A DNA stretch of 55,323 bases from Octopus sinensis (Eukaryota). The stretch covers positions 1-55,323 of the forward strand of contig NW_021833829.1 in assembly GCF_006345805.1 (NCBI RefSeq). The letters are read 5' to 3'. A program made the position numbers and the translations under genes. Every line of letters starts with the position of its first letter. Position 1 is the first letter of the stretch. Under the pieces are notes generated by a model. It saw nothing but the letters and a program-made list of their open reading frames with translations, did no database searches and had not been told where the DNA came from. Below are positions 13,881 through 25,800 of the stretch, in pieces.

Positions 13881-14919
13881 AACAATTACGATACCCGCCG
13901 TCCCTGATTGCAGAAAGCTCATTAAATACAACTGGTTTAGTACACAATAACAGAAAATATGTCTAAGTCTGCAAGACTCAATTCGGAGTGTGTGGTGCCA
14001 TCCAGTTCGATAAAACAAACATGTCCATGTGTCTACACCTGCCAAAAATTTCAGATCTCTAATTAAGTAGAGTGTCGGAATTTCAGGATAGAAGAAGAAT
14101 ATATGTGATTTTTCTACATCAACTCCTTATCTAAATACTCTTTTAATGCATGAAATATAATAATAATTATTGAAGTATTAATATTATAACTCAGTTATTA
14201 GAAAATACTGAAGCAGTACCAGTTGCAGTTCAGTTGTGTGACGAGGGCCCTAGCTGATGTGGCAATTCTGCATAAAAAAACAAGTTTAAGAAACTATTTC
14301 TCAAACTGGAAATCTGCCTTAAATGCTTAAAACAAAATGGTTAAAGGGTTTTAAATCGCGTAACGGATTAATTTTGCTATCCACGTAAGATTTGGTGGGA
14401 TTTAAACTGGGAACATCAAGAGCCGAAACAAATACATGAAGACCTCCGATTCCATCTTCTTACAGTTCCACCAAATTTTTATCGACAGCGAAATGATAAA
14501 AAGTAAAGCAGGTACCTGCGGAATTGAAATCAGAGCGCAGACAATCAGAAAAAAATACTACAAACTGTTTTCTTGGAGGTTCTAACAGCTGTTCCAATTC
14601 ACCGTTATGAAAAGACATGTGACTTTTTGAATTTGTAACTGTACGTAGCAATGCAAACTTCTCATTGTGCATAGGTTTTTTTTTTCAAGATATTTATCGA
14701 GGCCTTTTAACTCATCGAAGCTTTTAACATAGCCCTTTTAAAATCCCAATCGGTGATAGCTCTATATACGCAGGAGTGTGAGCAGGTGAATAGGCTATGT
14801 TAAAGATACCATATTTTGGTCAGAGAGAGCTAAATAGACAGAAAGACAGCCTGACCCTCAGACGCTCTGACAACAGACAAATAGACTGACACACAGTCAG
14901 ACAGTCAGACTGGCAGATA

Positions 14920-14975
14920 GATAAATAGATAGATAGATGGATATATATAGATAATTGATAGATAGATAGATAACT

Positions 14976-15017
<42 letters not shown>

Positions 15018-15289
15018 GATAGATAGATAGATAGATAGATATTTTGAAACGGTGTTAGATTTATACATTAGAAGGTAGTAACGTAAGTAACGATACATGT
15101 AGTCTTAAAGCGATATTTGCGAATTTCTTGCGATATGCATTCAATGAATGACTGGATAGAAATATATGACCTCTTCAAGTAGGCAACTGATAATCCGCAT
15201 TCCAGCTGTGTGCTGAAGATTTGAAATTGCTAGTGAAGTAAAGAGACACACATAGAGACAGAAAGAGAGGGGCGAAGAGATAGATAGAC

Positions 15290-15341
<52 letters not shown>

Positions 15342-15370
15342 TATGAGAGAGAGAGGGAGGGAGGCAGAAA
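14920..15370. repeat. (GATA)n and (GA)n microsatellite blocks
   Basis: Read directly (14920-15040 and ~15280-15370, with unique sequence between). Confidence 0.85.
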
Positions 15371-15790
15371 GAGAGAGAAACAGAGAGAGAGAGATGCCCG
15401 AATATCTTTGAGCGTTTATATTTTACGTTTTGCAGTTTCTGCATTTATTTTCGAGCAATGATACGTAACACAAAATCTAAACAATTTTCTGTTAGTAGAA
15501 AATATTTCTAATACTATAAGAAAAGTAAGTAACTGATTTTTCTCAATAATACATCATCCATCTCCCGGCGGTCATTCAATATCTCTACATACGAAATAGA
15601 ACGAAATAGTATGAATCTCAATAAGTAATTTATAAATTCTCATGTTTTAAATTTTTTCTTTAAATTAAATTACGTTTGAATGTATATATCTAGAGATATA
15701 CATCCATCCATCCTTCCATCCATCCATCCATCCATCTGTCCATCCATCCATCCATCCATACATATACATATATATATGTGTGTGTGTATG

Positions 15791-15828
<38 letters not shown>

Positions 15829-15883
15829 CATTATTGGTGAATTGAAGAAATGGAGCTGAACGCAGATTGAACAGAAATCGTTT

Positions 15884-15977
15884 TATTTCATTCTACACGT
15901 GTTTCGAAAGGCACAAATTACCAAAATCCGATTGAATAATGGGACCATATTGTGTCTTTCTCTTCAGGAAGAAAATA
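15884..15977 (-). ncRNA. Minimal type I hammerhead ribozyme (intact core)
   Basis: UAUUUUCUUC-CUGAAGA-GAAAGACACAA...UUGUGCCUUUC-GAAA-C(ACGU)G-UA|GAAUGAAAUA. Helix I ~10 bp with one mismatch, helix II 10 of 11 pairs, palindromic helix III, GUA cleavage triplet. Confidence 0.85.
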
Positions 15978-16050
15978 GGAAATCCGTTGGAAAAACAAAA
16001 ACAGAACAGAGGCGGAGCAAAAACACATCGAACTATGCTCCTAAGAGCCC

Positions 16051-17083
16051 GACCCATCACACTGATAGGAATAAGCATATATGGTTTGTAATCCCCTTTG
16101 GTAAGCAGATTAGAACTAACCTCCCCCTCATGTTTAGACAAGCCATCGCCAATAACTTCCCCAGAAACTCCAAATATTACTCCACAGTTAACTCGCATAA
16201 AGTTAGGATAGCTTTCTCCAACACTAAAAACCTCGCCCAGATAATCGCCTCCCATAATAATAGGCTACTTACTAAGACCCTATCACCTTTTTCCGGAGGC
16301 ACAGCCTCTTCCGCTCCCGGTTTAATGCTCAGTAGGAATAGTTATAGTAGTAATAATGATATGAGAGCCAGTACAGTGACACATAATCTCAGCTCCAGCC
16401 AGGGAGTACCCACTAGGGGTATAGTTATAAATAGGGGTGTTGTGGTTGACGGTAACAATGGGAGTAGGGTAGAGAGCCCCAATAGCATCCCCAGCATCAT
16501 TTCCCGCAATAGCAGCACCACGGGCAGTAGCAATGACAGCACTCTGATAGATAGTGGAGAATCAGGGGTTATTCCTATAGTTAATAGTGACGTAGTGGAA
16601 AATAGAGTAGTAAGCGGCTGCAGGTCTCGGAACGAATATAGTGACAGGAACGCAGTTCTAATTTCAGAAACTAATCCTAGCAGAATAAGATTCACGTCGG
16701 CGAACTCCAAGATCAAAAACGCCGTCTACCAATGCAAGGTTTACACGGACACAGATGTCTTCACTTATGTAGGGGCCTCATCCTCAAGATTGTCTTTGCG
16801 TGTCTCCAACCATTACGCAACTTTTCGGGACGTGAACAAGCGCCAGACCACGGGACTCAGTAAGCTAATATGGCGACTGAAGGATACGAACTTAAGCTAT
16901 AGGCTGCAATGGTCAATTTTGTCGGTGGCCCTCCCATTTGATAGGGGCAGAAGGCAGTGCAACCTTTGTGTCTCCGAACTCTTCCATATTTTGTTTGCCA
17001 GAGGCCGGATGGTAAACGGGCTTTTACAGTCGGCTTTTCGATGCCCCCATTGGCGGCGCTACACTTATCTGGCTTTTAAATAG
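16051..17083 (+). CDS. Penelope-like element ORF C-terminus: RT thumb region plus GIY-YIG endonuclease (the RT core is missing)
   Basis: IWFVIPF...KVRIAFSNTKNLAQIIASHNNRLL (thumb). NAVYQC...YVG...RVSNH...TTGLSKLIW...CNLCVSE...VN...RCPH is a GIY-YIG of the WFNPP / CxLCxxE / CRH type, which from memory is the Naiad group. The frame is open from 15899, but codons before 16051 come from the inverted terminus. Confidence 0.85.
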
Positions 17084-17673
17084 CGTTTATAAATAATACC
17101 GGCACCCATAGCCCTTGGTAACAAATTCTGAAATAGCCTTTAAGATATCTACGATTAGCCACTGCAAGGGGAATTACTCCTGTAAGACAAACGGCGCTTG
17201 GTTTTTTCACAGCGGGGGGTTTCCTTGACAAGGCAGGCTTAGATGAACACACACACACATAAAACATAATATATATATATATTTTTTTCTGCCACCCAAC
17301 GGTTCTGACGGCAGTAGCCACTGACAGCCGAACGATCAAACGCACACATGTACACAAAAAATGTTTTCTACCCCTACGCCAACACACATATATAGAACAG
17401 TATACACACACACACACACGTCTCTAAGTAGATTTTTTCTCGCCCCTTATCAAACATCCAATATTCCTTAAATAGTCAGAACTTTATTCTCGGTCACAAA
17501 GAACACCTACACACCCTCACCCACATGATTGACCGATGCCTGACCCGTTAAATTCTTCAGCCACCGGTTCTCAACATACACTGATAAACAGTTTCGCCAT
17601 GGGCTCTTAGGAGCATAGTTCGATTTGTTTTTGCTCTGCCTCTGTTCTGTTTTTGTTTTTCCAACGGATTTCC

Positions 17674-17767
17674 TATTTTCTTCCTCAAGAGAAAGACACA
17701 ATATGGTCCCATTATTCAATCGGATTTTGGTAATTTGTGCCTTTCGAAACACGTGTAGAATGAAATA
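17674..17767 (+). ncRNA. Hammerhead ribozyme copy with a G5C core mutation (probably inactive)
   Basis: Same sequence as 15884-15977 but CUCAAGA at 17684-17690 instead of CUGAAGA. Confidence 0.75.
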
Positions 17768-17972
17768 AAACGATTTCTGTTCAATCTGCGTTCAGCTCCA
17801 TTTCTTCAATTCACCAATAATGTTTTAATTTCAATTATCCGCAACAACGCACGGTTGCAACACCATATGGTTGTACCTCCAACCGTGCTGTTTACTGCTG
17901 TGATTTTTGCTACTAAGGTATCGGTAAACTTTTGATTAATCTACTACAAGATTATTCATCTTTCTATTTCAC

Positions 17973-18010
<38 letters not shown>

Positions 18011-18020
18011 CATACATATA

Positions 18021-18337
18021 TGCATGACTCAGTGGTTAGCGCGTCGAGCTTACGATCGTAAGGCTATGAGTTCGAATCCTGGACCGGGTTGTATGCTGTA
18101 TTCTTCAGCAAGACACTATTTCACGTTGCTCCAGTTCACTCATCTGTAGAAATGAGTTGCGACGTCACAGGTGCCAAGCTGTATCGGCCCCTTTGCCTTT
18201 CCCTTGGATAACACTGGTGGCATGGAGAGGGCAGGCCAGTATGCATTGTCTTCCATAAACAACCTTGCCCGGACTTGTGCCTGGGAGGGTAACTTTCTAG
18301 ATGCAATCCCATGGTCAGTCATGACCGAAGTGGGTCT
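18021..18337 (+). mobile_element. CORE-type tRNA SINE (family C; probably related to octopus OR2)
   Basis: A box and B box (gactcagtggttagc, gagttcgaatcc). CORE-like tattcttcagcaagacac...ccagttcactcatctgtagaaatgag. Matches 32809-33136 and 38200-38520. The OR2 name is from memory. Confidence 0.8.
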
Positions 18338-18391
18338 AAATATATACCTACATACATACACACACATATATATATATAAATATACATGTAT

Positions 18392-18436
<45 letters not shown>

Positions 18437-18498
18437 ATTTACATGTATATGTAAATATATATATATATATATATATTATTATTATTTACATGTATATG

Positions 18499-18559
<61 letters not shown>

Positions 18560-18570
18560 TGTATTATATA

Positions 18571-18857
18571 CAGGGGTTGTACAAAATAATGGAAACACCT
18601 AGCACTATAGCATCATAATACTGAAATATCTATAAAATCGTCTTGTTTATTTTTATGTTTCTTTTTATTTATTCTTAGAGTTGCTCTAACATGTTTAAAT
18701 GAAATTGCTGCTCCTTTTCAGGTATCATAAGAAAAATGTAATTAAAATTCATTAAAATGACAGATCGGTTGACAGCGTAACGAAAACAGCCGAAATGTTT
18801 GGTGTATCAAGAAGTACTGTCTCGAAAGTAATGACTGCCTTTGAGAAAAAAGGAAAA
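18571..18857 (+). mobile_element. Tc1-type transposon 5' fragment
   Basis: TA plus caggggttgtacaaaataatggaaacacc (Tc1-type TIR), then the HTH peptide SVTKTAEMFGVSRSTVSKVMTAFEKKGK; broken by a (GT)n run. Confidence 0.7.
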
Positions 18858-18861
18858 TATA

Positions 18862-18892
<31 letters not shown>

Positions 18893-19989
18893 TGTGTGTG
18901 TGTGTGTAGTGTGTGTGTGTACCAAATAAAATGTAAAAAAACAATAACTGACTAGTGCTGAAATGATTGGTTATTTATTTCTTAAGATTTAATTAATTAG
19001 TCGTTGTATTTTGTACATTATATATTTTTCGTTTATCCTGTAACAACACCTGTTTAACTTATGAATATTCATCGTAATATCCGTTAGCTTTCATATCTTC
19101 TTACGAGAGCTTTTGTTGAAATAATCTATGAGCTTTTGGAATTCATTGGATTATTTTTCACTCTGTTTATCCTTGCTATATACTTTTGCTTTAAGGTATG
19201 CACTCTTATAAGACTGTCTTTTAGAAAATGCATTTAGTTTTTATTGGTGATATGTTGAACATTTTTTTATAATTTTTAAAGTGATGCTTCCTGTCTAGAC
19301 TTTTGGACTCGGTTTACGTTTTCAAAAGAAATATTCATATTTATATATAAATATGAGTGTGTGTGTTTGTGTGTGTGTGTGTTTGTGCACGCTTCTGTGT
19401 GGGGAGGTGAGGGGTGTATATATGTTTATCATACTTAGTGCGAAAACATCGCAAGAAAATATCGCTTATGGATGTACTGTATTTAAAAACAGAAATATAT
19501 CTGTTGGAAGAAAAAAGTCATTCAAAAGCGAGATGAGCATCATAGATATGTCTTTCTGCATTGTTCATTTTTACCAGCAGCATGTATTCACAACCAAACG
19601 CACCCTGACACAAAGTCTGTCACCTTTGGTATAGCAAAAACTGTGATTAAACAATTATGGGTGTTGAAATTAGCCGCCAAATCGAATAAAAATATTGCAT
19701 GCAATAGAAGCAGTATTACATTTAGAAGGTATCTTTGTGTCATAAGAAATGTAAATAGATCACGAAAAAGCAACTTTACTGGCATACTGGTTCGGATCTA
19801 TATCTTTTATGGACGTACTACATTTAAAAACACAGATATATATATATTGTGTTTATGTTTTCGTTTCTCATTGCGTTCGACGTTTTTTTTTTTGGTTTCC
19901 TGTACCTATATATGCATGTATATATACATAAAGATGTAGGTACGTACATATACGTATGTATATATGCATATGTTATATTTATTATTTTG

Positions 19990-20040
<51 letters not shown>

Positions 20041-20112
20041 AATAGTTTAGAAAGAGCATTTCAATAGACGCACATGGGTCTATTAATATGGTCTTCCCAT
20101 AATTAACAGGAA

Positions 20113-20184
20113 TCTTACTGAAGAGCCAGCCTGAGTAAATAATATTATTTTTATTACTGAATTTGGCGAAACTGCAGTATAAGA
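20113..20184 (+). ncRNA. Minimal type I hammerhead ribozyme, copy 1
   Basis: UCUUA-CUGAAGA-GCCA...UGGC-GAAA-C(UGCA)G-UA|UAAGA. All core nucleotides are present, helix I 5 bp, helix II at least 4 bp, palindromic CUGCAG helix III. Predicted cut after 20179. Confidence 0.9.
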
Positions 20185-20516
20185 AAAGCTAAGTTTGTAA
20201 AAGATTTTAATTTTCATCTCACTAAATTTATCCAGCTTTTGTGTATCTAGTGCACACTTCGCCTTGAATGTAATTTATATATGAATAATATATGGCGTGT
20301 ACTGGTACACCGGCGATTATAATTAATTTTATTGTATCGCATTTAACTTTGTTTACATATTCTCTCGATAAATTTCTGAGCGTTAGACGATATACCACAA
20401 TCCCCTATTTTGTCGGGTATGTTCTGAGTCTGCGCAGTGTTTTGAATAGTTTAGAAAGAGCATTTCAATAGACGCACATGGGTCTATTAATATGGTCTTC
20501 CCACAATTAACAGGAA

Positions 20517-20589
20517 TCTTACTGAAGAGCCAGCCTGAGTAAATAAATATTATTTTTATTACTGAATTTGGCGAAACTGCAGTATAAGA
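20517..20589 (+). ncRNA. Minimal type I hammerhead ribozyme, copy 2
   Basis: Identical core and helices to copy 1. Predicted cut after 20584. Confidence 0.9.
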
Positions 20590-20758
20590 AAAGCTAAGTT
20601 TGTAAAAGTTTTAAATTTTCATCTCACTAAATTTATCCAGCTTTTGTGTATCTAGTGCACACTTCGCCTTGAATGTAATTTATATATGAATAATATATGG
20701 CGTGTACTGGTACACCGGCGATTATAATTAATTTTATTGTATCGCATTTAACTTTGTT

Positions 20759-20811
<53 letters not shown>

Positions 20812-22611
20812 CAGGCGAAATGTGCCAAGCAACATTGGTGAGAATGTCAAATGTGCATTTCTGCATCATTAGCTTTTGTCTGTAGCATGTAATTACAGTC
20901 AGTCTCATGCAACCATTAGTTCTGATATGTATAACGCAAAGGTACCTACCATTATATCTGAATTTACCAATTGACTAAGTTCCTGTTACACATCCCAGAA
21001 TCACATTCGTACAGATGCTCTGAGTTTTTGTTTGCTGTCTTTAATTATCAGCAGAACTCTATTTACTTAAGTGCGTCTCTACTTGATTGCTCCATCGGCT
21101 AGAAATGGCAGCCAAATCACCACTGAATAACAACCAGTCTTCTTAATGATGATATTTAAATGTATACAATATACGATTAGTGACATAAAGGACACCACAC
21201 ACCTTACACCACTTCAAATAGCTACATTAGATATATAAGATGCTGCAAACGGAAGTTTGTAATTGTTGTACCAAATTTATATCTTACTTGTATTCTACGG
21301 CCTATGTATATTTTGTTAAAGTGATCAATCGTCTAGACCACTAAGGCGTTGGATCGAGTACTTTGCATTATTCCCTTCTCATTATTATCGTTTGACTTCA
21401 AAACATTTTCTTGAAAAATCCTCCTTTCAACTTGTTGGGGCCCGATAAAATCAAACAGTAGCATTTGAATCACTTCCTTACCCTATTCTTTCTTCTACTT
21501 GATTTCGTCACTTTCTGGAATACATCGGTTGAGATCAGGCATAGAAAGAGATGAGCGTTGTCTGGCTTAATGACACCCATGAAAATCCGTATGCACGTCG
21601 GTACCATTCGGACTTCATCAACGCGATGAAGACCTGTGGCAACATAATTTGTTGCCAAGAGAGAAGCAATCAACAGCTTTGTATTTGCTAAATTTCTGTT
21701 GAAACTTAAGAAACCAAAACAGCAGATTTTCTAATATTACGACAATTTAACTGACAAATATTCTATGAAATGTTTGATTTTATGCCAACATAGACCCCGA
21801 TCAGTTTTCTTGGAAATCGCAATTGCATGCGTAATTCCGTAACGTATATACATATTTTCATGAACGTTAGCTTTGAACATTGCAATTTCAGTTTTTCTTT
21901 TACTCATGAGAGAAAGTAGTACCTGTGACTTCTTACAGAACTTCTGGCACTGGTGGAAAATAGGAAGTATATTATTTTCAAACTTGAAAAATAACTCGAA
22001 TGCTTCAAATTTAAGATACCAGACGGTGGTCCTAAAACGGACGATGCTTTAAGTCTATCACCCACATAGACCAGTGGGAATATATCTCAAAGAGCCGCAA
22101 CAAGACATTACAAGGAATCTGCACCGGTTTTCTTGCAGTTCCGCCAATCTACTGCCCTGAACTGGTGTTTTTAATCAGGATTGAAAGGATGAAAGTTAAA
22201 GTTAACTGCAGCTAGATTTTAAGTCAAAGCTCGGAGAGTCAGAACAAGTTTCGCGAAGCATTCTCTCAGACACCGAAACAGCTCTACTAAAGCTAGCAAG
22301 CAAAGTCCGCCAATTACGAAATCCAGTAATTCACTGTATCACCTAATTATTAAAACACACCATTATTTCGTATCTCGATTCTATAGACATAATTTGGGGA
22401 ATGCAATTCAAAGTCCTTAACTCCATTTAAATTTTAAATTTTTTGAAAATATACTTTATAGAAACAAGATTAACAAAATAATTTCAGGATGTAAGAAAAC
22501 ACATTGAGCTAATCTTACTAATTGTATAAAATAAATAATATATAAAAATAATGAAGCGCTGCGATTCTGAGACAGCATTATATATATATGTGTGTGTGTG
22601 TGTGTGCGTGT

Positions 22612-22661
<50 letters not shown>

Positions 22662-23806
22662 TGAATGTCTTCATGTATAGAAAATGAAAAGAATTTGTGG
22701 AAGTATCAAGCAATATATAGTTTTCTATTGTGTATATTTAAACAAATTTTGCAGCTTGGAATAAATTTTGGTTAAAAATTGATAAAACGTCTGCGAATAA
22801 GTCAGAAATATGGTGATAAATATATTTGCCAGAATATTCAGAATCTTTGTAAAGTAAGAGTTATTTATAAATTATATGAATGATTTGTTAATGAGTAATA
22901 ACTTGACGTTCGGTAAAGAAAGAGACTTATAGGAAATATTAAACAGAACTTTCGTCAATAAATCCTTTGCTTGGGGAAATGATTTCGTATCATCAAGTTC
23001 CGTTTAAGAGAATAAATATCATTAACTCAACTTTTTAAAATTTCCTGACCAAATGTTAAACATATAAACCTGGAAAAGAATGCATTAATCAAACCACTCT
23101 AAAATTAAAGAACATGAAGCCTAAATGTTAATTAAATATGAGTAAGAATAGAAATACATCTTATTCTACTTACAAGGAGGAAAATGGGACGAGTCTCCTG
23201 AAGAACCGTTTTACGGATTGTTGACTACTCCTCGGGGACATATATATCTTCCTGTCCCAATCAATAGCACAGATCAATTGATTATAAAATAGTCATGAAT
23301 TAGGCTAGTAAATAGGGTTCAGCCTAAAATATTGATAAAGGTGACCTGTCATTAAGACGATTCTAGATTTTAGCTGCCATTTTGTGAAAACCGAAGACAA
23401 CAGTTTCCTAACAGTTGTGTGTAACGGAAAATCAAGTATTGGTACGAAAGATATTTCGTTGGCAGATAGTGTACAGCAAACACTAAAGCAAAGGATTCCA
23501 GGAGAACATGTATTCAGCTGTTAGAGTAAATTCTTCTGTCACTCACTATTTACTATCAATTTGAATTTTGTTTATGAAGGAAAACACCCTAATTTAGTAT
23601 TTAAGTGTCAGGTGAAAGTGAAACTTAGATGAAGTGAGTAGGTTAGCAACGTATGAACTTGTTTTGATCACATAGGTGTGTAAATGGGTATAAGTGCGCG
23701 CTCGTATGAAATTAAGTAATTTTATTATATGTGAGCGTATACAATGAACATTTAAATATATAGAATACAGAGAGCTACAAATATATATATATAAATATAT
23801 ATATAC

Positions 23807-25591
23807 GCGAGAAAGAAGCAACAAGAATGGATAGGTTTTTAGTACGATCGTTTCATACAAGGACAGGTTTTATTAAAAGTTGCAAAGATTACAGCATATA
23901 AACGAGTCCCCTCATTCATCTAGCTAAATACATGTAAGTTCTCTAAGACATCCTAGTGTTTGAGGCTATACTCATGAAGTAATGTAGATAATTAAGTAAC
24001 ATAAACAGATTTCTAAAGTTCATTAAAGTTCTTTAAAGATGATGTACAGTCTTATCACAGAATTTTAAAAAAGTTTTGATAGCATCACAGAGAAGGTGAC
24101 CTAATCCATATGAATTTCCATAGATATGATGAGGATTTATATACCCACAGAAGACAAATTTATCCATTGTTAATTACAACAACGAGTGGGTCTCAATTCC
24201 TGCTTATTAGCATTACAGAGAGGGTGAATTAATCCTTTGATAGAGATGCACAGATTCCAATGGTGTAGAGATGTAATTTCCAGAGAAATGGAGATGAATT
24301 TCATATTCACAGGCGATAATTTTTTGAATGGTTGAACACAATGAGGTAGGTATCAATCCTTGTTATATGATTAGGATATTTGCCACATTAATCACATTAC
24401 TGCTATTCACAAGAGGCTGTAGCTATTTAACTCTCTAAAGGCTGAAGGGCTTTCTAGATCGCCAAGAATAGAGAAGGGAATAGACAACTCCTAAGACAAT
24501 AAAATGAATAAATTAAATAAGTAATTTTTAATGACTTTTTGATAAGATTATGCTTAGATTTTCCTAATGTATTTTCTGGTGATTTTAGCATCTGACCCCT
24601 TAACCCTGACTGTGTTATCTTCTTTAGATTCTCTTTAAACTCATAGCTGATTTCAACAGCAATAAATTAACGTTTACTGGTCAAAGAATAATATTCTCCT
24701 CTAGTTCCTAGATGCCTGTTGATTAAAACCAGACTTGCAGTCTACTAACTCTTCTGTATAACTAGAACCCTCTTTTTTTTTCTTTTCTTTTTTTCCCTTC
24801 TGTCCCTATTTCTTTCTCTTTTTCTCTTTTTCTTTTTTCTTCTTCTTATTCTCTGTTTCCTTTTCTCTTCTCTTTTAGTCCCCCCCCCCTTTTGCTCCCT
24901 CCTCCATTATTTTCTATCTCTTTTCTTCTATTCCCTTCTCTATTCTTGGCCGATCTAGAAAGCCCTTCAGCCTTTAAGAGTTAAATAGCTACAGCCTCTT
25001 GTGAATAGCAGTAATGTGATTAATGTGGCAAATACCTAATCATATAACAAGGATTGATACCTACCTCATTGTGTTCAACCATTCAAAAATTTATCGCCTG
25101 TGAATATGAAATTCATCTCCATTTCTCTGGAATTTACATCTACACCATTGGAATCTGTGCATCTATACAAAGGATTAATTCACCCCTCTGTAATGCTAAT
25201 AAGCAGGAATTGAGACCCACCTCGTTGTAATTAACAATGGATAAATTTGTCTTCTGTGGGTATATAATCCCTCATCATATCTATGGAATTCATATGGATT
25301 AGGTCACCTTCTCTGTGATGCTATCAAAACTTTTTAAAATTCTGTGATAAGACTGTACATCATCTTTAAGAACTTTAATGAACTTTAGAAATCTGTTTAT
25401 GTTACTTAATTATCTACATTACTTCATGAGTATAGCCTCAAACACTAGGATGTCTAGAGAACTTACATGTATTTTAGCTGATGAGTACGGGACTCGTTAT
25501 ATGCTGTAATCTTTGCACTTTTAATAAAACCTGTCCTTGTATGAAACGATCGTACTAAAAACCTATCCATTCTTGTTGCTTCTTTTCTCGC
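23807..25591. repeat. Large inverted repeat (arms 23807-24484 and 24927-25591; spacer 442 bp)
   Basis: The arms are reverse complements along their length, differing mostly by small indels. Confidence 0.9.
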
Positions 25592-25709
25592 TTATAATCA
25601 CCCCACATTACTGTATTGTTAATCAGTATAGTTTTTTTTTTGGTGCATCTAAGTTAGGTACCATATTCAAGTAAATTCATTTAAATTAACTTGAATCTTT
25701 ATTGCTCTT

Positions 25710-25780
<71 letters not shown>

Positions 25781-25800
25781 GCTCACACACACACACATCT

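Larger units (their letters stand above)
15825..17826 (+). mobile_element. 5'-truncated Penelope-like retroelement with an inverted copy of its 3' end at the truncation point
   Basis: Thumb plus GIY-YIG ORF. 15825-16050 is the reverse complement of 17601-17826 (3 mismatches seen). A hammerhead motif lies within the repeated terminus. Confidence 0.85.
20037..20759 (+). mobile_element. Partial tandem dimer of a ~405-bp hammerhead-bearing non-autonomous element (retrozyme / PLE pLTR-like), inserted in (TA)n
   Basis: 20037-20354 and 20441-20759 are near-identical direct repeats with an 86-bp unique spacer. (TA)n flanks both sides, and each repeat carries a hammerhead. Confidence 0.85.

Noticed and set aside
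15899-16050. N-terminal ~50 aa of the 394-aa ORF, and its twin ORF at 17507-17752
   Set aside because: This is the antisense reading of the hammerhead-containing terminal repeat, fused in frame by the inversion; it is not an authentic start.
17084-17600. SECIS element in the Penelope 3' region (some invertebrate PLEs are reported to encode selenoproteins)
   Set aside because: There is no in-frame UGA in the ORF, and no convincing AUGA-AA-GA stem was found by eye.
17550-17600. Permuted (type II) hammerhead on the minus strand (CGAAAC...CUGAAGA)
   Set aside because: Helix II strands do not pair.
18021-18090. tRNA genes at SINE heads (also 32815, 43480-43546, 49129)
   Set aside because: They have A and B boxes but no complete cloverleaf, and they continue into SINE bodies.
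18960-19330. Decayed Penelope thumb domain on the minus strand (KANGYY)
   Set aside because: The similarity rests on one short motif across many stops; it cannot be supported without a profile search.
23198-23220. CUGAAGA plus a small hairpin
   Set aside because: No GAAA or UH elements downstream.
25478-25500. CUGAUGA followed by a hairpin inside the large inverted repeat
   Set aside because: No GAAA box follows, and the other arm lacks the motif.
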